Assembly: GCA_019419955.1 (NCBI GenBank)
Contig: JAHZIB010000002.1
Location: forward strand, 23,825 to 87,824
Length of the DNA stretch: 64,000 nt
Direction of reading: 5' to 3'
Source: Clostridiales bacterium
GTDB taxonomy: Bacteria; Bacillota; Clostridia; TANB77; CAG-508
Every line of letters starts with the position of its first letter. Position 1 is the first letter of the stretch. The notes beneath the pieces are model-generated. The model had not been told where the DNA came from and made no database searches. It was given only the letters and a program-made list of their open reading frames with translations. This document shows, in pieces, positions 29,649 to 38,292 of this stretch. The translations under genes and the position numbers were made by a program.

Positions 29649-29954
29649 TTATCCTTCAGCACTATACACAAGTACTTCTTCCAAGTCTTCATCTTCTAAC
29701 AAAGACCCTTTTATACTACCTGTTGTAATAATATCAACCTCTTTTTGCAATGCTTCTTCCAAAGCAAATTTCACCTCTACTATTTTAAAACCTTCCGCAA
29801 CATCTTCCGTCTTTACAATAATATCTATATCACTATCTCTCCTCTGTTTCTTTTTTGCATATGAGCCAAACACCCAAATGTAAGTCAAATTGTACTTTTG
29901 GGCAACTGGTTTTACTTTTTCACTAATTTTCTCTAACTCAGACATGCGTTTCAC
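29649..29954 (-). CDS. Minimal nucleotidyltransferase (MntA-type antitoxin)
   Basis: FGSYAKKKQRRDSDIDI, a GS...DxD NTase motif; 101 aa. Confidence 0.85.
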   Translation of the reverse strand: MKRMSELEKISEKVKPVAQKYNLTYIWVFGSYAKKKQRRDSDIDIIVKTEDVAEGFKIVEVKFALEEALQKEVDIITTGSIKGSLLEDEDLEEVLVYSAEG

Positions 29955-29956
29955 CT

Positions 29957-30298
29957 CTATTTCAATACTCTTAAACAGAACTCCTTTATTTTCTCTGTTT
30001 CTTTATCTGCCACATTCCATAGTATTAGTTTGTCAATTGTTTCATAGTTATGTACAACTATATCTCGCATTCCTGCAATATTTCTCCATGGTATTTCTAT
30101 ATGTTCAAGTCTAAATTCATTTGGTAACCTCTTTACAAGCTCTCCTATTTGTGTAACAGGTGTAAGAATTGCATTTTGATATATATTATTTTCTTCAAAT
30201 TCCTTATAACTATCCCCAAAATGTTCTTTTGTTTCATTAATAACATTACAATGTTTTATTATTGCTAATAGAATTTTTTTCGTTCTCTCATCTATCAT
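29957..30298 (-). CDS. HEPN/DUF86 toxin (HepT-type)
   Basis: R-x4-H motif RDIVVHNYETID; 113 aa; separated by 2 nt from the NTase gene. Confidence 0.85.
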   Translation of the reverse strand: MIDERTKKILLAIIKHCNVINETKEHFGDSYKEFEENNIYQNAILTPVTQIGELVKRLPNEFRLEHIEIPWRNIAGMRDIVVHNYETIDKLILWNVADKETEKIKEFCLRVLK

Positions 30299-30300
30299 TT

Positions 30301-31368
30301 TTATTCTTCCTCCTTAAACTCCACATCTGCATTTATTGGGCATATTTGTATAAATGTCTTTCCGTCATTTACTTCTATTTCATTTCCTTCCATATCTTTA
30401 TATACAGTCTGACCGCTTCTCGATTTCTTCTCACAAGTTATTTCTATAGCCTTTCCATTTGTAATATAATAACCATCTAATGTATCAACATTATCCAATG
30501 TTTGTCTGCCTTTGCCAGAGCCATCATTAAGTGTAGAATTTCTTGCTTTTGTAATAATTATATTTTTTGTTGTGATTGGTTTTTCACTGTCCCAGTCAAC
30601 TTGTTTTTCTCCTCTTGAATATCGTACATATTCTTTTGAGTCAGCATCATACTTGTATTTCACAGTATTTGAATATGAGTATGGAATTGTAACTGTATCT
30701 GCTATTTCTCCATCTTCAAGATTAACTTCATCTATCACATAGTTTAACACATTTTCTTTTTCCTTTTCTACTCTATACCCTTTTCTATCCGCTATTTCCA
30801 TTATGTTCTCCATGCTAGTTACTGCATTATGTGGTGCATATTTGTCTTGTACTCTCCAAAACGAATTTGCGCTTTCATATATTCCATTAATATTATCAAC
30901 ACCCAATGTAGAAATATCAGATTGAGCCTGTGGACTCCATCCATAATGTACATAAATTGCATCATTTTCTAATGCATAATCTAAAAAATAATGTCTTGAA
31001 CTTCTTACTGGTCCAATTTTATCTAAATCTTCATCTTGTAAAATAAGCATTAATCTGCTTTCTCCACCTTCAACAATTATTTCATATATTATGTCTGCTT
31101 CCAAAAGCCCTGCCTGCGGCATTGCATCAATATGATTGTCTATCATAATTGCTACTGGTCTTGAATCTCCTGCCAATGTTTTAGGAGTTGGTACTCCTGG
31201 TTCTGTTGCCTCTTTCATTGAATCTTGACCATTCACTACTTGAGAACTATTTTCCCCAACCACTTTTAATACAAATAACACTCCTGCTATAATTATTAAT
31301 AGTACCAACACAATACCAAATACCTTTGTTCCTTTACTTCCTGCACTCTTTGTTCTTTTCCCTTTCAT
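30301..31368 (-). CDS. DUF3048-domain membrane-anchored protein (YerB-like)
   Basis: N-terminal TM helix; RPVAIMIDNHIDAMPQAGLLEADIIYEIIVEGGESRL is typical of DUF3048. Confidence 0.8.
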   Translation of the reverse strand: MKGKRTKSAGSKGTKVFGIVLVLLIIIAGVLFVLKVVGENSSQVVNGQDSMKEATEPGVPTPKTLAGDSRPVAIMIDNHIDAMPQAGLLEADIIYEIIVEGGESRLMLILQDEDLDKIGPVRSSRHYFLDYALENDAIYVHYGWSPQAQSDISTLGVDNINGIYESANSFWRVQDKYAPHNAVTSMENIMEIADRKGYRVEKEKENVLNYVIDEVNLEDGEIADTVTIPYSYSNTVKYKYDADSKEYVRYSRGEKQVDWDSEKPITTKNIIITKARNSTLNDGSGKGRQTLDNVDTLDGYYITNGKAIEITCEKKSRSGQTVYKDMEGNEIEVNDGKTFIQICPINADVEFKEEE

Positions 31369-31390
31369 TTTTCCTCCTTATTTTCTTGAG

Positions 31391-32701
31391 TTATATTCTC
31401 ATTACACCTAGCGTAACGCCATAAATTAATAATACAATTGAAATACCAACGCACGCACTAAATACAACTTCAGAGGTCTTATGTGCTTTTGCTTCAATTC
31501 TACTTGCAGACACCAATATTGCAAGTACGAGAGATAATGTTAAAATTACAGCTCTAATTGCCTCATTATCTGTAACAGTATCAATCATTACCCAAATAAT
31601 AGTATTTATTGCAAAAGCCAGAGCCGTAAAACCACTTGGCATAAATTGCTGATTTAATACTTTATGTTTGTTTGTTCTTGCCATTGCAATAAGCGCTACA
31701 ATCGCTACTACTACTATTACAATAGATGTAAATGCTAAATGCACTGGAGAATTAATAACATTTCGTATAAAGTTCAAACTTATATCGCTAATCTTGTCAA
31801 AGAATAAGAAATATGCTACTATTATTGCATTTATCGCAGTTATAACCACTCCTCCAGCAGCAACGTCTTTTGCAATTTTTGCTTTTGGATGATATACATC
31901 CACATATAAATCAACCACAGTTTCAATTGCAGTATTACACATTTCGGCAAACAAAATTAGTATTATTGTAAATAGAAAACATAAAAATTCTGCTCTACTC
32001 AAATCAAAAAACAAACTTATAATAACAACTGCAACTGCTATCACTAACTGTATTTTCACATTTCTTTGGGTCGTAGTCGCATATATTATGCCATTTATTG
32101 CATTCTTCCAAGCATCAAGGAAATTACTATTTGATGTCTTCTTTTTAGTGCTCTTTTCATCTTTTTCTAATTCTTCCAGCTCTTTTTCCCCTTCTTCAGG
32201 TGATGTCTCTCTTGTTATTCCCAGTTTTGAAAGTATAGTTTCTTCTTTTTCTCTCATTATACTCTTGTCTTGTTCTTCAATATGGTCATAACCCATTAAA
32301 TGATAAAAACCATGAACCACCATATATGACAACTCTCGTTCGAAACTATGCCCATACTCTTCCGCCTGTTCATACACCCTCGGAATTGATATTACAACAT
32401 CTCCTAATATATCTGCTTGTATGTTTTGTTCACCTACTTGCATACTTTTATGAATAAATTCCTTTAATTCATCTTTCTCAAACATAGGAAATGAAAGTAC
32501 ATCAGTCGCTCTATCTATGTTTCTATATTGCTTATTTAGTTTCTCAATTTCCTCTGGATTTGTAAGAGTTATACTAATATACAAATTAGTATCTTCTAAT
32601 TTTTCAGTTTTGAAACATTCTTTTACAACGTCTTTAATAGTACTTTCATATTTTTCTTTTTTGTTTATATTTTTATATATAATCTCGCAATATTCCTTCA
32701 T
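31391..32701 (-). CDS. Fusion protein: YbeY endoribonuclease, DgkA-type lipid kinase and an extra PAP2-like membrane module
   Basis: YbeY zinc motif HGFYHLMGYDH (about aa 130-140), then an acidic linker. DgkA motifs follow (AWKNAINGIIYA..., EMCNTAIETVVD, AKDVAAGGV). The C-terminal ~130 aa has PSGF and SRIEAKAHKTSE, resembling PAP2 C2/C3 motifs. Confidence 0.8.
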   Translation of the reverse strand: MKEYCEIIYKNINKKEKYESTIKDVVKECFKTEKLEDTNLYISITLTNPEEIEKLNKQYRNIDRATDVLSFPMFEKDELKEFIHKSMQVGEQNIQADILGDVVISIPRVYEQAEEYGHSFERELSYMVVHGFYHLMGYDHIEEQDKSIMREKEETILSKLGITRETSPEEGEKELEELEKDEKSTKKKTSNSNFLDAWKNAINGIIYATTTQRNVKIQLVIAVAVVIISLFFDLSRAEFLCFLFTIILILFAEMCNTAIETVVDLYVDVYHPKAKIAKDVAAGGVVITAINAIIVAYFLFFDKISDISLNFIRNVINSPVHLAFTSIVIVVVAIVALIAMARTNKHKVLNQQFMPSGFTALAFAINTIIWVMIDTVTDNEAIRAVILTLSLVLAILVSASRIEAKAHKTSEVVFSACVGISIVLLIYGVTLGVMRI

Positions 32702-32781
32702 AAGCCCCCCATTTGAGCAATTACATTTTTTGCCTCAGCTTGCCCAAGAATTACACATTCAAAGGCAAACTTATTATTATT

Positions 32782-34023
32782 TTAAACAGCTTCTTTATTT
32801 ATAGTAATTTTTGTTTTTCTTTTAACCGTTTTTTTTTCAACTTTTTTATAGCATCCTTCTGAAATACATGAATTATAAAGATTTCTCATAACACCTAACT
32901 CTACCAATCTATCTTTGTAAAACTTTATAATTTTATAGTACTTATTTGCATTTTCATAAACTTTGCTTAAATCTGTTTTAATAAATAATATCTCTTTTTG
33001 TCTAACATATTCCTCATAATTTGCATCTTTTAGTTTTTCTACTTCTTGATACTTACTCCAGAATTTTTTGTACTCTTCTCTTTGCGCTGGTTTTTCCCAA
33101 TAAATCTTTGTACTTAATAATTTCGCATTATACTCTTCCATTAAATTAATTAATAGAGAATAAGCCTTTTGTTGTTTTCTAATAATTTTTGTATCTACAA
33201 TTAAGCTCCTAATATCCCTCAACAATTTTACATAACATTGCTCTGCTACAACTAATGGAAGGCTATGAGTAAATAGCTTTCTACTTAATCCCAAAAGTAA
33301 CATGTTTTTTTCTATTATATCATTTTGATCCAACTTACCAACGCTAAACCTATCCACTTTATCAAATTCATCTAGTATTTCTTTATATGTATTATTTTGC
33401 TCAATTTCAAATTTAATTGGTAATATATTAGAAATATATTCCTCCAGTGCCTTAAATATTTTGTTATATATATTCTCTTTTTCTCCATCTGTAATATTAT
33501 CTGCAAGCTTAATTGAAAAATGTTTTAGTAACCCTTTATATAATGTTTCTGCTTCTGAAACATAAAACTTTTTATATCTTTCAATTAATTTTGCTTTTTC
33601 CTCTAATACATTCTGATAATCTAAACTTATTAAATATATTTGCTTTTTATATTTATACTCTGCATATTCTGTTTCTTTCAAATGAGTAATCATATAATAT
33701 TGCGATAAAGCTTCTTTTTCAAACTCAGCCGCAGTATCATTCCTAACTTTTTTATATATAGTATCCATTATGTATTTATCAATCGATTCTAAATATAGGG
33801 CATAGCAATCATCTAACTTTTTATTAAGTACTTCCTTCTTAGCTTCTTCATCTGTAGCATTTACGTTTTCATAAGCCTTTAGCACATTGTTCCTTTTTAA
33901 AGAAATTATCATTCCATTAATTCCAATTTTAGTAGGTATAAGCAACTTACTTATAGTACTTGAAATTTTTGAAAAAAACGTTTTCTCCGAATTATAAATT
34001 CTTAAACTTCTTTCTTCCATCAT
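32782..34023 (-). CDS. Hypothetical K/E/Y-rich helical protein (413 aa)
   Basis: Long ORF with good coding character and no motif I recognise. Sits between yqfD and ybeY. Confidence 0.6.
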   Translation of the reverse strand: MMEERSLRIYNSEKTFFSKISSTISKLLIPTKIGINGMIISLKRNNVLKAYENVNATDEEAKKEVLNKKLDDCYALYLESIDKYIMDTIYKKVRNDTAAEFEKEALSQYYMITHLKETEYAEYKYKKQIYLISLDYQNVLEEKAKLIERYKKFYVSEAETLYKGLLKHFSIKLADNITDGEKENIYNKIFKALEEYISNILPIKFEIEQNNTYKEILDEFDKVDRFSVGKLDQNDIIEKNMLLLGLSRKLFTHSLPLVVAEQCYVKLLRDIRSLIVDTKIIRKQQKAYSLLINLMEEYNAKLLSTKIYWEKPAQREEYKKFWSKYQEVEKLKDANYEEYVRQKEILFIKTDLSKVYENANKYYKIIKFYKDRLVELGVMRNLYNSCISEGCYKKVEKKTVKRKTKITINKEAV

Positions 34024-34063
34024 ATCATTCCTTTCTCGTCATTAGTGTACTAATCATTTAGAC

Positions 34064-35245
34064 TTAAAAAACTATTTTTTCTTCTACTCCAATCTCTTCT
34101 TTAACTTCATAAGTAACCTCAACAATAATAGCACCGTTCTCCGATTTAGTATTTATTTGTGTATCTAGTATTTCTTTATCTTTTAATTCTTCTGAAAGTT
34201 CTTCTTCTGCCCTATCTATACCAATTTGTTTTGCTTCTTCAATGCTATGAATAACAACTACTTCTTCGTATTCTTTATATGTATATTCTACTAATTCAAT
34301 TGGTAAATAGAAATTAGAAAATAGTTTTAATTTTTTTCCCGTTTCTATTGTATCATATTTTTCGAATTTTGGAATACTTTTATGAAAATTTATATGAAAA
34401 TTATTTAACTTTACGGAATATTTAGTTTCCTGTTCTCCAGTTTCTTTTTTTTGCACCTCCTGTAACTCTACTCTCTGAGTACTTGTATACCACACCTCAG
34501 CCTGAACCTCGCCTTGTGCATGCACATATCTATCTCCTGTATATTTTCCTCTAAAAACCCCTTCTATAATTATATCACCTTTTTTTACAACATCCCCCTC
34601 TTTTACTAGGGGTGTACCATTTTGAGCACTCACTTTTCTTATAATAGCATCTTTATCTGCTACAATATTGCAATAATCATCCTCGTCAACTATCTCTGGT
34701 TTTTTATCTGCCTCTACAACTTTTATAATCGCATTTGTTCCTTTAACATCTATTCCTACCCATGCAATATCATCTCTTTCTAATCTAATTTTATTTATAA
34801 CCTCCTTGGTGTCTATCTTCCCTTTAAATTTTCCAACTGCAAGACCTTCAGTTTCTGCTAAATTTAATATATCCTGCTTAGAAATAGTCTCAAGTCCTTC
34901 TACCTCAATGTTCCAAATAAAATTTGACAATCCGATTATTATAAATATAATAGCAATTAACAAGCCAATAAACACTTTCCTCTTTTTATATTTTTTTATT
35001 ACAAATGGGAACCCCTTTTTTTTCTCAATCTTTACTTTGCACCTTGTATCCTTGCATATTCTCTTAAGTAATTTAAAATCAGAAATATGTATACTAGCAC
35101 GTAAAACAATAGAATTTTCCCTTTTCAAATTCCATAGCATAATATTTTTATTAGTACAAATATTTATAAATTTTTCTATATAATAACCTTCAACAGTTAT
35201 GTTTACATATCCAGTTAAATATTGTAATAGTTTATTCGAATTCAA
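34064..35245 (-). CDS. yqfD: Sporulation protein YqfD
   Basis: Length, a single central TM helix and the position after yqfC. Similar to the YqfD family (GYVNITVEGYYIEKFIN...). Confidence 0.85.
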   Translation of the reverse strand: MNSNKLLQYLTGYVNITVEGYYIEKFINICTNKNIMLWNLKRENSIVLRASIHISDFKLLKRICKDTRCKVKIEKKKGFPFVIKKYKKRKVFIGLLIAIIFIIIGLSNFIWNIEVEGLETISKQDILNLAETEGLAVGKFKGKIDTKEVINKIRLERDDIAWVGIDVKGTNAIIKVVEADKKPEIVDEDDYCNIVADKDAIIRKVSAQNGTPLVKEGDVVKKGDIIIEGVFRGKYTGDRYVHAQGEVQAEVWYTSTQRVELQEVQKKETGEQETKYSVKLNNFHINFHKSIPKFEKYDTIETGKKLKLFSNFYLPIELVEYTYKEYEEVVVIHSIEEAKQIGIDRAEEELSEELKDKEILDTQINTKSENGAIIVEVTYEVKEEIGVEEKIVF

Positions 35246-35330
35246 TTCCAGCTACCCCTTTCTCTAGCTTTTGCTTTAGTCTTTTTCTCTTCTATAATTG
35301 GTTAAATAACTATATTATTACCTTCCACAA

Positions 35331-35618
35331 TCAATCTTCACTCTCTTCAGTGACACTTTCAAAATCAATGCTATCAATTCTACCAGTAACCAGTAAATCA
35401 TCAGTCGTCATTTCTTCCAACTTCAAATTAAATCCATTAATATTTAATATACCTATATAAGTATTCACTCTGACAAAATAATCCTGATATTCTAGAATTC
35501 CTCTATAATTTTCTATAAGCATTCGTTCAAACCCTGTAATAGTTATCTTGGGGTTGTTGGTACTCAATTCAACGGGTATTTCTAAAATTTCCTCTATTTT
35601 CCTTGCTTTTCTTCTCAT
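35331..35618 (-). CDS. yqfC: Sporulation protein YqfC
   Basis: 95 aa, YabP/YqfC family (ITITGFERMLIENYRGILEYQDYFVRVNT). Confidence 0.85.
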   Translation of the reverse strand: MRRKARKIEEILEIPVELSTNNPKITITGFERMLIENYRGILEYQDYFVRVNTYIGILNINGFNLKLEEMTTDDLLVTGRIDSIDFESVTEESED

Positions 35619-35644
35619 CTTTTCTCCTTCCTTGAATATTAGGA

Positions 35645-36051
35645 TTAATTATCTCCTTCAAATTCATCCAAACTCTTAAACTCATATCCCATATTCTTTA
35701 TTTCCTTTATACAATAATCTAAAATATTGCTATTATCCTTTGAAGTACTATGAAGTAACATAACTTCTCCATTATGAACATTATCTATAATTTTCTTTTT
35801 TCCATATTCTTCTCTTCCTTGTTTATCCTCATCCCAATCATCATATGCAAATGACCACATCACAGTTTTATATCCAAGTGTATTTGTATATTCAATTGTT
35901 CTCTCACTATATTCTCCTTTTGGTGGTCTTATATATTTCATTTCATACCCAAATTTATCATACATTGCAGTATGAAGTTCCATTACATCTTTTTTTATTT
36001 CTTCATTTGAACATTCTGGCATCGGTATGTGATTTGTTGTATGATTTCCTA
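35645..36051 (-). CDS. pdaA: pdaA 3' segment (delta-lactam-biosynthetic de-N-acetylase, C-terminal ~135 codons)
   Basis: The frame stays open upstream of the track ATG (KKLGNHTTNHIPMPECS...). Matches the PdaA C-terminal half (IRPPKGEYSE, VMWSFAYDDW, MLLHSTSKDN). Confidence 0.85.
36038..36051. repeat. Left copy of the 14-bp direct repeat TGTATGATTTCCTA (element/pdaA junction)
   Basis: Identical to 43500-43513; encodes GNHT on the minus strand. Confidence 0.9.
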
Positions 36052-36111
36052 ATTTCTTAATGTCTAATTTTTAGCGGTTTCTAACCGCTTCTATTATTTT
36101 TTTATATGCTC

Positions 36112-37738
36112 TTATTTCGTCCTAACGTTAGGATAATTTTGAAATGTAAATTTAATTGTTATATTTTTTTCTTTGTCAAATTCAATTTTTTCAATTAACT
36201 TTTCTAATATCATTTTATTTTGCTTTTCCATTTTTAAGAACTCAGTTGTAATTTGTTTTATTTCTTTAAAATCTATTTTTGGTAATTTTTTATTGTTTTC
36301 TTCAAGTTGTGTTTCTGTCTCTTTTATTTGTTTCAAAGTTTTATTTCTTTCTTTTTGCTTTTTTTCATAAATAATTTTAAAATCTTCTATTTGTATAATT
36401 TTATTTATTTTGTCTTGATATATTTCTTCAATTGTATTTTCTATATTTTTTAATTTTTGTTTTAATTCTTGTAACTTTGTTTGCAATAAATTATTTTTGC
36501 TTTTTGCTTCTTTTTCTGCTTGTTCATAAATCTGTTTTATTTCTTTTTCAGAGAAATTAATTTTTTGTATTTCTTCCTTTATTTTTGCATTTACCACTTC
36601 TTCTATTAAATTTGCTGAAATTTGTTTATTATCACATAATGAACTATAATTATTTCTTTTAGAGCAAATAAAATATGTAGCTCTCCAAACTGTTCCATTT
36701 TTTCTTTTTTCTTCTCTACATCTTAAAGTTGCTTTATTTCCACATTCTCCACAATACACGAATCCTTTTAGTGGGTGATCATATTTCCTATCTCTAGTTT
36801 TGGTATATCCATTTAATTTATCTTGTGCTTTATTCCAAGTTTCAATATCTATTATTGGCTCATGCATATTTTCTAGGACAATATATTCTTCTTTTTTTGT
36901 GCATCTTACTTTTGCTATTTTATGGCTTACTTTTTGAAATTTTCTTCCTACTACACTTCCGAAGATAAACTTCATTTCTTAAAATTTTTCCTATTTGTGC
37001 CCTTAGCCATACATATTTTCCATTTGGATTTACACTTTTTCTCTTCATATACGTAGGTATTTTTAAATATATTGCTGGTGGCTCTATCTCTCTTCTATTT
37101 AATTCATCTGCTATTTTTATTGTTGACATACCTTTATTTACATACATATCAAATATTTCTTTTACAACTTGTGAACTATATTCATCAGGTACTAAATGAT
37201 TTTTTATTTCTATATCTTTTTTATATCCATATGGTGGAATTCCTGCTTGATATTCTCCTTTTTCGATTTTTCTTTGTTTTACACTTTTAATTTTGTTTGA
37301 TATATCTTGTGCATAATAGTCATTAAAACTTAGCTTAAATGTTAAAAATTGTAAACCATCTGGCTTTATTGTATCTACATTATCTCCAATTGCTATGTAC
37401 CTTATATTATTCGCAGGTAAATATCTTTCTAAATAATATCCAGTGTCTATATGATCTCTACCAAATCTTGATAAATCTTTTGTTATAATACAATCTATTT
37501 TTTCATCTTCTATGTCTTTTAACATTTTCTGAAATCCTGGTCTGTTAAAATTTGTACCTGTATAACCGTCATCAACATATTCTCCTGCTTCTATTAGTTC
37601 TTCATGACCTAATATATAATTATCAATAATGTCCCTTTGATTTTCTACACTTTCGCTTTCTCGGTCATCTCCATCTTCACGAGATAACCTTATGTATTTT
37701 GCCACTCTTATATTTCTATAACCATTTACTCTATTCAA
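36112..37738 (-). pseudogene. Large serine recombinase interrupted by a one-nt frameshift (near 36958-36964)
   Basis: N-terminal ORF (TTG start, RBS GAGAGGTG) has the resolvase domain (YIRLSREDGD..., DCIITKDLSRFGRD). It ends out of frame at ...ILRNEVYL. The second ORF continues GSVVGRKFQKV..., with a zinc ribbon (CGECG...) and coiled coil. The junction reads TAT CTT C GGA AGT. Confidence 0.8.
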
Positions 37739-37761
37739 CTTAATTCACCTCTCTTTTTTTG

Positions 37762-37882
37762 GTTCAAATAAGAATTGCTATTTTACAAGGCAAACGAATT
37801 TGAAATCTATGAGGCGTACTTTTGTACGTTGATTAGATTTCAAATGAAGTTTAACGAAGTAAAATACAATTGTCATTTGAAC
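37762..37882 (+). repeat. Structured repeat, copy R7, inside the mobile element upstream of the recombinase gene
   Basis: Outer stem GTTCAAATAAGAATTG / CAATTGTCATTTGAAC; stem CTATTTTAC / GTAAAATAC; core GAAATCTATGAGGCGTACTTTTGTACGTTGATTAGATTTC. Confidence 0.85.
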
Positions 37883-37960
37883 TTTCCTGAGAGTAAATAG
37901 CCTATCTAAAGCATAATCAGAATAACGTGCTCTTTCCAGATTGTCAGCCTTAAATAAGCA

Positions 37961-38209
37961 TTATTTTTCGTTCATAGTTATATAATTTATGTATTGTTGT
38001 TTTAGCAATTCTATTAATATTTCTTTTAAATTTGCTGTTCCATATTCTAGTTTAATATTTACATTTCGTCCGTTTTTCATTTTATCTTTACTCCTTTTTT
38101 TGTTTTGTTTAATCTTATGAGAAATCTTTAAATTTATTCCTCTACTATTAAAGTCTGCTAAAAAATATAAAAATTGGACAAATTTTTGAAAATTAGTTTT
38201 TAAAATCAC
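37961..38209 (-). CDS. Small hypothetical protein (82 aa, or about 39 aa from an internal ATG)
   Basis: ORF only; basic N-terminus. Lies immediately upstream of the recombinase gene. Confidence 0.35.
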   Translation of the reverse strand: MILKTNFQKFVQFLYFLADFNSRGINLKISHKIKQNKKRSKDKMKNGRNVNIKLEYGTANLKEILIELLKQQYINYITMNEK

Positions 38210-38292
38210 AAAAAAGAGATATCTTTTGATACCTCTAATACATATATTTTTATATAAAATAACAATTTGTAAGTTGTCGTTGAGATGTGTAA

